Positions 13,031 through 25,900 of a stretch of 64,000 nucleotides of DNA are shown piece by piece. Both the position numbers and the translations under genes were made by a program. A model generated the notes under the pieces. It did no database searches, was not told where the DNA came from, and was given only the letters and a program-made list of their open reading frames with translations. The DNA comes from Bugula neritina. Its lineage: Eukaryota; Animalia; Bryozoa. The stretch spans positions 3,038,001 to 3,102,000 of the forward strand of contig OZ037769.1 of the NCBI GenBank assembly GCA_964035545.1. The letters run 5' to 3'. How positions within the stretch are numbered: position 1 is the first letter of the stretch; each line of letters begins with the position of its first letter.

Positions 13031-13906
13031 ATGTTCATAGGTATTGCAAATTGTTCATATTTCATTGTGTAGCAACAGTAGTAACATTATGATTATAATT
13101 ATCGTTATACATTTGATAATGCTTAGATCATAGTTTTATGTTCTAGCTTAAGCTATTTATTATTGAGATTGATTCTCAACTTCTGTTCTATAATTTAAAG
13201 TTTTTCTCAAGTTTTCATTTTATTGATATGAAACTAAAACTAAACTAAAAGATTTTTTCATATTGCATTGTTTTTGAAACTACTTAAAAATACAAAAAAT
13301 ATATTCTAAGACTTGTGCTGTGATGCAATTCAGTTTCTTATACTCTGAATGTTAGCTAATCTTTAGCATATAAAATCATCCATACTATTAGCTAATTTTA
13401 ATGGAGTGGGTTCTACAATGTTTCCATTCATACTTGGCAATTTTAAATTCTTGTTGAACGTCAATAAAACTCTTTAATGGACAAAGTTGATGTTGCAATG
13501 CCTTACATTCTTGTAGTGGGCTAGTAGTACAGCATTTTATGTTATTCCTATATTTCATTGCAATGGTATTTTTAAATATATAGTGTTTTCTACCCTAGAA
13601 GCAGTAAAAAGAGTACCTAGAAATTTCAATTTAATATCAAAAACTACCTCATGAATTAAAATAATTTGCAACATTTTCTTCTATTGAAGTACTCTGAGCA
13701 GATATCAAGCAGTTAGTGTGTTTTTCAAATAGCTGACCATATTTAGTTTCGCAGGCAGCATGTTTATAATTTACTATTAGTAGGGCCAGCAAGGTATTTT
13801 GCTTTATTAAAGTAAGCTACAGGGTGTTGGGTGTTGGCTGTGGTCTGATTAATGATAGTATAGTAATTATGTTATAGATATCCTCAATCACTAATTGCAA
13901 GTAACC

Positions 13907-16900
13907 ATGGAAACTGTTGATTTACCGAAAGGATGGTTTAAAGAAGAAGTTGTAAGAAAGTCCGGCTTATCTGCAGGCAAAACAGATATTTACTATTATG
14001 GGTACCTGCAGTGTATTACTATGACTATGTTGTATATGGTATACAGTATATTACTATGACTATGTTGTATATGGTATACAGTATATTACTATGACTATGT
14101 TGTATATGGTATACAGTATATTACTATGACTATGTTGTATATGGTATACAGTATATTACTATGACTATGTTGTATGTGGTATACAGTATATTACTATGAC
14201 TATGTTGTATATGATATACAGTATATTACTATGACTATGTTGTATATGGTATACAGTATATTACTATGACTATGTTGTATATGGTATACAGTATATTACT
14301 ATGACTATGTTGTATATGGTATACAGTATATTACTATGACTATGTTGTTTATGATATATAATATAGAGTATATTACTATGGCTATAATAATCATGTTTTT
14401 TATGAACTGGTTTTATGTTTCACTAAATCTATAGCTTTAAAATGTTTTCTATGCCAAATGTTGGTAAAATTAACATTGCTTTTGCTAATTTTGTTCATTA
14501 TCTTTTCTTATCTCCTCATTGGGAGTTGTTTTCTATTTTATTTTCTTGTTATGTTAGTGATAAGCTTTTGTTCTACTGATATTCATACACAGCATTGTGG
14601 AACCCCCCACCTCCCCCCTCAATAAGTCTGCACTCTATGATATTGATAGCAGGCTATAAAGTGGTGAAGCATCTCTAATAGCTTCACCAGCACTTTAGGC
14701 CACTGAGCAAAATCTAGTTTCCGTCTACTTAAACAGAAGTTATTAGCAAAGATACTAAAATTGGTTAAGTTCTGGTGTCATTGCATTTTGTGTTGAGACA
14801 CAACTGGTGTATTTTTGAGTGTCTGACTTTTTTATAGCTAGAGCTTACACAAAGCTAATTTTTTTCCATCTCTTCTAATTGATTAAAAATACTGTCTCAA
14901 TAGATGGCAGCGTACATAACATACCTGCAAAACACACCTTTCCAGCCAGCATCTCTCTGTAGATATATTTTTATAATTCTCTGTTGCCTGTAGTCAACTG
15001 CACCTTCAAACTCTCTCCTCAGTATTGAAGGTAGCTAATCATATCTCACTGTACAATCATAGCTGCAGTAGTCTATGTAACTGCCAATATGCTAGCTCAC
15101 CAACAAATACTCCCATAATATTACAGTCAACAACAAACACTTGGGCCACAACGAGTAACAATGAGAATAATAATTATTACTGCATCTTGATGTTATAATG
15201 GCCAGTGTTATTGATTGTTGCGCCCGGAGCAGCTGCTATGAACTATTTCAGTTCTTTGTTAAAGCTCTCATTAGCCCGTAGGTTGCCAGTGGCTTAAAGC
15301 TTATCTCTCATAGTTTAGCAGTTTGTGTTTAGTATACCACTTGGCAGATAGTAGCTTTCAGTTTATTTCTATCTCAGAGCTTTTCATTAGTTGCTCCTGG
15401 TCGGCTTCTATTCACTCTGGTAATTACTAAAACTTGTCTGATATTCTTTCTTTTTATTCTAAATTTTGCATTTTTTTTATATTTATGATTATGATTTTGC
15501 TTTTAGTTTAAAACTCCTTTGTTTAGGCTATGAAACTAGTGATAGTTTATCTTTACTTGTCACAGTTACTAGATTAAATGATAGTCATCGTGTGACTGCA
15601 GTGCCTACACTATCTGATTTGTACAACAGTTTGCTCATACTACAGCAACTTCTTAGTTTTTCTGTAGATATCCCCTGTTTGTAGTACATGTCTTAGCAGT
15701 GTTTTTGTAGATATCCTCTTTTTTGTTATATTCCTTCCTAGTATTTCTGTAGGTATTCCCTGTTTGTTTCTTCTGCTAGTGCCAATACTAAATATTTAAT
15801 GATTAAAATCACTGTGACAAATACTGAGTGACAACAATCAATTAAAGATATCTTCCACCCCTTTACCTTACGTCGTGCATACAGTTTAACGTAATGTCGT
15901 GACTTTTAAATTTCATTCAATGTATAACTCTGAAAGCGGACACAGTGGCTTTCTAATATTAGTTTACTTTCATGAATAAACTAGTAACCAAATAAAATTT
16001 TTCCGTATATTTATTTTTGATATATAATGTATGTTTTATGTGATATATATAATACCATATATGTTATTCTTTGTTATAGTAATAATATGATATATTATAG
16101 TGAGTATTGGTGCTGCTGATCATTCAAATGTTTCCTTTTCAGTCCTGACGGAAAGAAATATCGAAGTAAACCCCAGATAGCCCGAGAGCTCGGCGCCAAC
16201 TGCGACTTGACTCCGTTCGACTTTAAGTCTGGGGCTATGATTAGTCAGAGTAGTGTTGTGAGGAGAGCCAAAGGGAAGAAAACTTCACATGACCATGCTA
16301 AGGGTAGAGTATGGATTCTTGTAGTTGTGTCTGTGTGTTGTTCATGTTATGTATGCATTAAATGAGTAATTTATTCTCTCACCGATTACTAAACCTGCTA
16401 GTTTATAAACAGCCTACACAAGTTTATAGTCACTATCCCTGTGAGAACCCCCTCACTGATGGAAAAGGTTTGTAAAGCGGCTAAGGACTTATTCTTATAT
16501 GGCGCTGGAGTGTAATTATGACTGAATGCTCTTCCTAACATCCCCAATGGTGTTTGGACTCCCTAAAACCTACTATTTTAAATGTTTTTATTTTATTTTA
16601 AATATTTTGTTTACAAATATAGACTGTGATTTATACTGTAACGCATTGTTTAGGCTTTAGGGGGGAAACTGGTCTCACCCTTCCCGTGCGTCAAACAGCC
16701 TCCATATTCAAGCAGCCTGTCACGCTGATCCGCTCTCACGCTGACAGTCCGGTACGTCAGGACCTGAAACACGGTCCGGCTGACTCGCTGCCTCCCCGGC
16801 AGCTCTTCTGGGAGAAGTCGCTGACTGACCTGCAGTGCAGTGGGATGAACGAGGAGACACTCAAGTGTATCACCCTGCCTAGTAAGATTAAAGGTGGGAT

Positions 16901-19068
16901 AACTTCTACTCACTCACCTTGTGCTGTAGGGGGGATAACTTCCCTCTCTTGGCATGAGAATTCTATCAACTACATAGAGATGATTCAACTACTATGATAA
17001 ATATTTACCTGTTGTTTCTACGCCCTTTGAGATATTAGGCTTTCGTTGATACTTAATTCTGAATCAACATCCACTGCATGCTTTAAAAGTGAGTTAGGAG
17101 CTGCTCCCTCTACGTAACTCAACTATACACTTTGCAGGTATAGGGCCGGATCTTAGCACTGAAAACCTGCTGCAATCCATCGCTGCTGCTCTCCATCTCA
17201 GCACCAACCCGGTGGTCGGCCAAAGTCAGTCAATCGCCAAGTTTGCTAAGAACCCCACCGTACACATTAACACTAGTCAACCCCTCATACAGGTGAGCTA
17301 TCCACCCCTGTACACATCAACACTAGTCAACCCCTCATACAGGTGAGCTATCCACCCCTGTACACATTAACACTAGTCAACCCCTCATACAGGTGAGCTA
17401 TCCACCCCTGTACACATTATCACTAGTCAACCACTCATACAGGTGAGCTATCCACCCCTGTACACATTAACACTAGTCAACCACTCATACAGGTGAGCTA
17501 TCCACCCCTGTACACATCAACACTAGTCAACCCCTCATAATACTACATACTATACTGTATACTACATACTATACTATATACTATATACTATACTGTATAC
17601 TATACTGTATACTACATGCTATACTGTATACTGCATACTATACTGTATTATACTACATACTATACTGTATACTACATACTATACTGTATACTACATACTA
17701 TACTGTATACTACATACTATACTGTATACTATACTGTATACTACATGCTATACTGTATACTACATGCTATACTGTATACTACATACTATACTGTATACTA
17801 CATACTATACTGTATACTACATACTATACTATATACTACATACTATACTGTATACTACATACTATACTATATACTACATGCTATACTATATATACTATAT
17901 ACTATACTGTATACTATATACTATACTGTATACTATATACTGTATACTATATACTGTATGCTATATACTATATGTTCTATGCTGCTGCAGCAAGTTATAA
18001 TAACAGATGAAGACATCCGACAGCAGGAAACTAAAGTAGAAGGAGCTCGCAAGAAACTGGAAGAACTTCTGGCTGCCATTGAGAAAAGTGGAAGAGAGAA
18101 GTTGCTGCTGGAAGACAAGGTAGAGTCAGCACTTATTGCTGTTTGATAGTAACTTTTAAGTAAAGCTCACAATTGTTTTTATTAAGTTATATTACTATAC
18201 AGAATGCAAAAAATCATTTTCATAGTTGAACATGTTCGGCATTATCTGCTCTTTCTATTAAGAGGTTTTCTTTTCAGGCAGACGCAGAAGGTCGGGACTC
18301 ACTGACCCCGTCCCCATCTCCTGGTGCTACTAAAAGGAAAGCTGATGACCTGCAAGAGCAAGATCTCACACCACCTGCTAAAGTGGAGAAGAAACCTGAA
18401 GAAAGGGAAGACAACTGCAAAAAAGGTTTGTAGTGTACTTTCCTACTCCGTTGGTTTTATTAGACATTTCATAGGCACTTAGTTGTAAATGTTTCTGAAG
18501 CAGATTTGTGAAATACAACTGACTCAACATTGTTAAACTGTTTTGTGGAGCTAGTTTCCATTAAATAGCTTTTATTGTAGATGCCGAAGAATTATCTGCT
18601 CCTGCCAATCCCAAACTGGCCAATCAGACGACGGCTGACAGTTCAGCCAGTGGCTCAGAGTCAGACAATGTAACAGAAGCTGAAGAGTCTGTAGAGAAGG
18701 CAACTCCTCAGCCCACAGACAATGAGCCCACTGTGGAGGTAAATGTAGAGTCCACTAGAAAGGCTGTAGAGGATGTTGATGAGGGCTCGCGCACTGATGC
18801 AGTGAGCGAGACAGCTAATTCTGAGAAGGATAATACAGAGGAGGGTAATCCTAAGGAAGATAGCGTTGCGGGGGATAGCATTGCGGGGGGCAGTGCAGAT
18901 AGTCCCAGTGAGGGTACCAGCAACACAGAGCCAACTGCTAAGGAACCTGAGGATATAGAGAGCTCCGTTCTAGATAAGTCTGAGGAACTGAGTGATGAGG
19001 ATGTTGATGAGAAGACTGCAGAAGCGTTGCTAGGAGACGAGGAAGCTGTTGCCATGGACACCAACTGA
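13907..19068 (+). CDS. MBD2: Methyl-CpG-binding domain protein MBD2/3 with a long acidic C-terminal extension (7 coding exons)
   Basis: Exons about 13907-14001 (METVDLPKGWFKEEVVRKSGLSAGKTDIYYYG), 16143-16303 (PDGKKYRSKPQIARELG..FDFKSG), 16654-16893 (LPVRQTASIFKQPVT..PRQLFWEK), 17138-17292 (LLQSIAAALH..QPLIQ), 17991-18119 (ITDEDIRQQE..ARKKLEE), 18278-18425 and 18581-19068. These are hallmark MBD2/3 motifs. Confidence 0.93.
14008..14380. repeat. 35-bp minisatellite, about 10 copies, starting at the MBD2/3 exon donor
   Basis: Unit atacagtatattactatgactatgttgtatatggt. Confidence 0.97.
16416..16562 (-). mobile_element. SINE family A, 5'-truncated copy
   Basis: agtcactatccctgtgagaaccc..attatgactgaatgctcttcctaacatc..caatgg is the reverse complement of the family A body. 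Confidence 0.78.
17260..17539 (+). repeat. 50-bp tandem repeat (about 5.6 copies) spanning an exon end and 5' splice site
   Basis: Unit gtacacattaacactagtcaacccctcatacag|gtgagctatccacccct. The first copy is coding (VHINTSQPLIQ). Confidence 0.97.
17540..17975. repeat. About 20-bp minisatellite (tatactacatactatactg) filling the intron up to the acceptor
   Basis: Visible tandem units; explains the Y/T/I-rich ORFs at 17616 and 17764. Confidence 0.95.
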
Positions 19069-22000
19069 ACATGTCATTTGTTTACTACTGTTTTTGTACA
19101 CCAACAGCAAACTTATAAGTTATTCAGTATAATGAAGTGGTGTTATTCACCTAGCTATTACTCATCATCGGTTTGATTAATAATTGTATTATTATTATTA
19201 TTGATGTACAGAAGTTAGGAAAATCTAACGTGTTCTATTTACCAATATACTATTTCTCATTCATAATATTTTTAGTCATGTGGGTTTGACAAAGGTTTTT
19301 ATAAGTATTGAAGAATCTAGGGAATGTGTTACTGTTATAAGCAGTATGTATACCATTTGTATATTGTAAATATTTACTACTTTTATCATTTGAACATAAT
19401 ATTATATAAATTAGAAAATAAATATTATTTGATATCTAGAAGAAATATACTGTGTGGTTTTGCTCTGCGGTCTCCCTCCCTTTTGTGGCAGCCACAGTTA
19501 TGCACCATAAGATAGATATTCATTCTAGCAGAGACTTTCCTGTGAAATCATTTAGATTCCAGACTGTTGCATAACTTATTATATAATAATGTAGTGCACT
19601 GATTAGTGAAGCCTGGAGATGGGAATTTTCCAAAAGATCAGTTGCAATCAGCTGGTTGAAAATTATTCTTAGTTTAAGAACTGGTCATTAACACCTCCGT
19701 AATCTAGGCTGTACGTGCTGCTGCATGCGTGCATGTCACATGGTCTAACTACAATACATCAACTTTCTCAGCTGAATGTTCTTTAGCTCTTCTTTTGTGT
19801 GTAATTCCTTACACATATAGTTATAAAGAGCCAAGGCCTAAAGTTTATTTATATGTTTCATTTCCATTTTCAAAATTGTCCAACACAATACCAGTTTGTT
19901 CAATAGACATGTTTTAGCTACTTTCACATTTATAGGTTAACCTATTTTAAATATATGTATGTCAGAGTATTAACTTGCCTGTACGTTAACTTATTTACTT
20001 ACAAGTTGAATGTAAGCTTTTCTATCTTCATGTATGAAAGTCAAAGACTATCTAGGAAGCTTAATGTCTGTTATTTATCCATTAAACAAATTGAATTTCT
20101 ATATTAGTTGAGCTCTTGAGTTACCCTCAAATTGTTTTAATGGTACAGCAATGACATCTACGGGCTATTTTTCATCCAAATAATCCTCAAGTCATCGGAG
20201 TTTCAAATTGTGGAAGTATATTATTGCAATATATGTCATAATATATCATCTGCAAGCAAACGAGTGCACACAGTGTAAGCCTTCATGCATGCAGCTTCCA
20301 TTTACTGCAATGTAATTAAGAACTGAAAACCTGCCTTCAAATTTTGAATGATTATCAGATTTCGCAATCTGACTTGTTATGAATGTCTTCCGACCAGAGG
20401 AAGTGATCAGTGGTTCTAGCTCTTAGTCAACAGACAAATAAGGAGATGGGTGAGTAGCCACCCTCACTTTGACAGAAATCAACTTAGGCTATTAAGTGAA
20501 TCAGCCCGGGCACTTGCTGAGAACAAAGTAAATCCTAGCCTAAAACAATGGGTTACATACATGAACCTGTGCATTATTTTCTGATGTCATAAATTAGCTG
20601 CAATGCATTATGGTCTGTAAAAACATTGCATCTCTCTAATTTACTTTAGACCTGAATGGCCCAAAAATCAAATCCTATTATAAAACTCTAAACCAACGTA
20701 TCAGCAAAACCATTATTTGCATCTCCATTTTTGCGTCTTTTGCTGTAGGTCGCCTCTAAAGTCTAGAGTCTAGACTATACAAAAGGATCATTTCGGATAA
20801 GTTTTGAAAATTGCTGCTATTTTTATATCACACTATGTTGCTATTTCACCAGTGCACACATTTACCAGCTGCATGTCTTTATTTTGTTAGAAATACTTGA
20901 GTATATAGAAAATATGTGTACTGTGACTTAAGCTATAATAATACCAATCCTATAACATAGCCAGTTCAATACAGCTGCATGTTAATACCTGTACAACCTA
21001 ATGTGCAGTAGTAGTACAGTGGTAGGGATGTACCAAATGTATGTAATTCACAGAGACACACCTCAATTAAAAAACCATTTAGTGAATTTATTATAAGGAT
21101 TTCTCCTGGAGCCATATTCAATACTTCTCTACAGTTCACTGCTTTTACACAGCTGTCTTTATAGCAAAGTCTCAATCATCAGTTAGATCTGTGAAATTAT
21201 TTGAAGCTGCCAAAGACAACTTCAGTTATAACATTGTCACCAAAGTTGGTCCCTTAAACAGATGCCTGCTGTTGGCCAGCTTAAGTTTCTAATTTATAAC
21301 TAATTTTCAGTTTGAGGTTTTGCAACTGGCTGAATTCAACAACTAGAAGTCTCTAGCCTTCAGTTTAATGGAAAAGCGTTTTAACACACTTCAAGTTACA
21401 TAACTTGTGTGTCTATTGGCTGTGAATAATTTTAGTGTATTGTAGTGTTTCAGTCAACTTTTAAGGGAGGTCAATTTTAGCAAGTTCTGAATTTTAAGGA
21501 ACGACAAATTGAATTCTGAATCACAACTCTGGACCAAAAGTCAAAATTTAGTTTAACAGAATTCATCACCTGTATAATATGTACATGCTGCAGTGTATCT
21601 CAGGCTATAGCTATGATTCTGTGATATCTTGGTCTTAGGACTATGTTTTGGATAAAATGTTTATGTTTTGCTGGAATTAAATGCAAAATAGTTTACAATT
21701 GACTTATTTATCCCACATATCAGTATCTGAGTGTCCCATTCTTTTATATGTAATAGGCATAGTTATGAATATTTGTTTACTGTAATTATTATATAAAGTA
21801 TTACGCTCCACACTATTTACATTAGCAGTGTTAATATTATCTTCAAATATTGTTCCCAATTTAGTTAGATGACCCGTGATGTGCCATCCCATTGATGTCT
21901 TATCAACAGCATGTTTTATGATATCAGGAAAAAGTACACTGTAGCAAAATAACCAAAGAGGTTGAAAATCATAGCCTACTAATCTACATTTTGTTTTGAT

Positions 22001-22326
22001 TCTAAACTACAAAACACTTCATATACTATACTATACTTACCTATGCACTGGCTGCATTGCATAATCTTGTGGAAGTCTGCAAAACAGCAACATGTTGAAG
22101 TGTAGAGAGATTATATAGTCAAAGTTCATAGCATATCAAACACTGCTGGGCAACACATGTATTTGTGGTTGAAAATGTCTGATAAAGTTAGAATATAAGA
22201 TTAAAAATTTATGCTCTATTTTTAGTATTGATCACATACACACATTATATGTGCATTATAATTCATATTTGCATTATATCGGAAGATATGTAATATAATA
22301 TAACATAAATATAATATATCATATGG

Positions 22327-22536
22327 AGAGCAGCCGTGGTCTAGGGGTTAGAGTGTTGGCTTAGCAAACACAAAACCATGGGTTTGAACTCCAGTAAAGG
22401 CCATTGGTGATGTTAGGAAGAGCATTCAGTCATAATCGCTCCTGTGCCTCATATGGATAAGTCCTTAGCATGCTTTAAAAAATCTTTTCTATCAAGGGTT
22501 TCTCACAGGGATAGTGACTGTAAACTTGCATGAGTT
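22327..22536 (+). mobile_element. tRNA-derived SINE, family A (near full-length copy)
   Basis: A box TGGTCTAGGGG, B box GGTTTGAACTCC, then ggccattggtgatgttaggaagagcattcagtcataat..ctcacagggatagtgact. Confidence 0.82.
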
Positions 22537-22998
22537 CTATGATTTAAATATAATATAAATATTTATATACATTAGGTAACGTGAGATATTTGTAAAACTG
22601 CAACTAAGCCTGTTTTGGGGTTTTGTTATTGTTTACAAGTTTGTCTTTTTGCTGAGACAACAAAGTATTGTGTTTGGTTCCGCCTTTTTCTATATCAGCC
22701 GGCTATAATGATCAACATAAATATGCAAACCCTACCGTGATGTCACAAAGCGCGAAGTGAACTCAGCCAGCCAATCAGCTGCAGCCTCAGTTGTAACACC
22801 TAATAATAGCCAGATAGTTTCAGATCCAGCACTAGATAGTACGAGCCAACTAGCTATCAGCAAGCGATACCGAATAGCGTGCGCCAAGGCTATTACAAGT
22901 TCCATATGACTCACATTGCACGGTAGACTGGCTTAGATACAAAAGTAACCCTCTCTCATCAAACTGGTAATTTTACAATTTCTCTCAAACAGGGCAAC

Positions 22999-25900
22999 AT
23001 GAAGCCGTGCTCGCCTACGTATGTGTACTCTAGAGAAACCAAACTCAAGACTAAGGTAAATATAAGTCTTCAACAATACATATATCTGTAATAAAATAAG
23101 CACTAGTGTATTATTATTATTATTAGTATATATATCATTTCATCTTATATTTATATTGGAATATTATTATTATAAAGTTAAACAACCAAATTTAATTCTT
23201 TAGCAGTTTATATGGCAATATTTCAGTGTCATGATTATGTAACTTGAATATACTCTTATTTTAAACATAGAATAGCATAAAAATTTAGTGCTTATGGTGG
23301 CTTTCAGATTTGCATTTTCTAGCAAAACTTTTTTATATTTCAACTCCATTTTCACTTATTTTGGTTTACGCATATAACATTTAACTATTACATAGTGTAT
23401 AACTATACAATAACATTGTACCCTCATACACTCCTGCTGTTAGAGTGACTAAGCATGCTCTCTCTTTTACTTCAACAGGTGGTGACACAGAATGGCTCAG
23501 TTCTACAGAAGGGAAGACTGGGTATTGATAGGGACACCATCACATACTCCAGACTACACAAGCACTTGACTAACATATTCAGACTAGGTGACAGGTATGG
23601 CATCTGTATGACTACTCTAAACATGTGCTTGCAGGTCTGCACAAATATGGTGTCTGGCCCATAAACATAACTATTGATATTGGTTTTGTGATAATAAACT
23701 TGTTATTTCCTTACTAATTAGTTAATCAAATCCATTTCTATATGATCAAGTGATGATGTTGAGAGATAAATTCAACTCCCTTACAATTAATTTAGAATCA
23801 GGGAATTAATCATTGCTCAGGTACATTTTGTTGACCTAATACAGAAAGTTTATAATGAAAAACAAACATCAATAAAAAGTGGGTTTTACTATATTCTGAC
23901 ATCAATCAAAAGTGGGTTTTATTATATTCTGTCCATATTGCGCTGCCATGACGGATACGCATATATATTGGCAGCTACTTCAAGGTACTTGCTGATAGGA
24001 TAGTCTGAGATTATTCTCAACAGTCACATTATTTTATAGAAACTTCAAGCTTACCTATGAGACACAAAACTTGGGCCAACCCGAAACTAAAGTGATTTCA
24101 GATGACTGGGAGTTAGAAGTGGCCCTCCAACAGCCCAAGTTGTGTCTCACGGCTGAAATTGAAGTAGAAACTCCTACTAAAGCAGGTATTGCCATGCCAC
24201 ATTTGAGTTTCACTTGTAGTTGACCAGTTTTTCTTCATTTTATGATGTTTTAGTTTAAATGTCTAAGAAAAGGGACTGATTTATTATATATTTGTTAAGC
24301 TGCCTAGGTGGTGGGTGGTGACTATGAACTAAGTATCTTATTGGTTCAGCATTTTATCTGAATTGTTGACCGAATCATGACCACTGGGCACTCAGCTGAT
24401 AACGTATTCAGTAACTCTAAGTAAACATCCCCTTTATCTAGTCTAGTCAGCAAAGCTGGTAGAATACTGTATATTAGACAGATTATCCCTCTTTGATTCA
24501 CCATTTCTGTCACTTTCCCATGATCAAAGGTTAAAGTTTACAGCATTACAAGATTTTAAAGTCATAAACAGGAGACTAAACAGTTTTCCATCAATAACTC
24601 CACCAAAATGAACCAAAAGTTGTTTTTAAGCAAATTACGTTTTTTAGCTTCTTCTTATAAGAAATCTTCAACTATAAGACCTGTGCTCAATTACATACAT
24701 TGTGACACGGTGTAAGACGTGTTATAATGTATTCCAGGCATGTATTCAAATTACGGTAATCGGTCAGAACCCCAGTTAATCCCCGTTACACGGTGTATTC
24801 TTCCATTTTAGGGAGTTTATTGACTGCTAATTTGACTTTATGTCATCCTTGTTTTGTTTCAAAAAGACCATCTAATTTATTACACAAGCTCATATTTTAT
24901 GGTAAATACACGGCATTGTCTTGTTTATTACATCGCTGATTAGCTCTTTGCTATGGGAGGTATTAGGGACAATATTTATCACTTCTAGGTTATTCACTTC
25001 TCTAGTCTTTGGTTTTAGACAAAAGCTGGGATATCTTAGCAATTGATGACAACATGGCCGATGAGGCGAAACACACATCCGCTGCCAACAAAGTTTCCTC
25101 ATTATTCGATAAATTAGTCAACAAAGTTGAAGGACTCGTTTTCCCCAATAAAGGTATGTTTGACTAAACTTGTAGAATTACTTACTAACTTATCTATTTG
25201 ACTCGGTCTTTACAAACTCATATTGCCTAATCACAGGTGGTCTCATTGTTTGTAAAACCCAAAGACTTGACTCGCATGTTTGCAAAAACACTTTTAATGG
25301 CTGCCTGCCGCAGACTCAACTTCCTGTAATGAATACAGAATCTTGTTATGAAAGTTTTGCAATAATATTATCCACAATATGTTTTGGGTCTTTAGTAATA
25401 AGTTAATGACATGCACATGTTAGCTGCAGATTGTACTAGCTGTCAGTGTTATAAGTTCATATATACAATGGCCAGTACTAATTCCAGTTGTTTTTAACCT
25501 GGATTTGAGCACCTTGGTAGTGCCTGTAGCCCATCACCCCCACTACATGTGTGTGAATGTACACAGCTGCTGTAGTGATAAACACCCCATACTCGAGGTT
25601 CAAATTTAGTATCATGTCTAGAAGCTCTATGGAATTATCGCATGCATATTAAAAAGTTAATCTGTTAGGAAATGTGGATTAGCGGATATATCTGATGCTT
25701 TAGCAAATCATAATTTATATTCTTTGATACTTCAGTGTCCTCAAGTTGTGTGAATACTGAATCCTGTCTTATGACTCTTTAAGCTCTTATTTATTGGCCC
25801 CATAACTGCAAAGGTTTCTTTTTAGATTTCTTTTTAGTCCAACAGTTCGAGGTTGTCTTTTCATGCATTTCCCTGTTTTCAGTATCAACACAAACTGATT

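Noticed and set aside
12553-13072. Low-complexity ORFs (also 786, 4381, 4414, 17616-17990, 29423-29724, 40134-40494, 59481-60044)
   Set aside because: They are translations of micro- or minisatellites. The ORF at 4381 is only the pLTR tail copy of the PLE ORF start.
14008-14380. CRISPR-like regular arrays (also 17260, 29480, 59565)
   Set aside because: Units are contiguous with no unique spacers, there are no cas genes, and the context is eukaryotic introns.
24457-24806. Possible MITE with tggtagaatac / gtattcttcca termini
   Set aside because: The inverted match is only about 10 bp, with no second copy or clear TSD.
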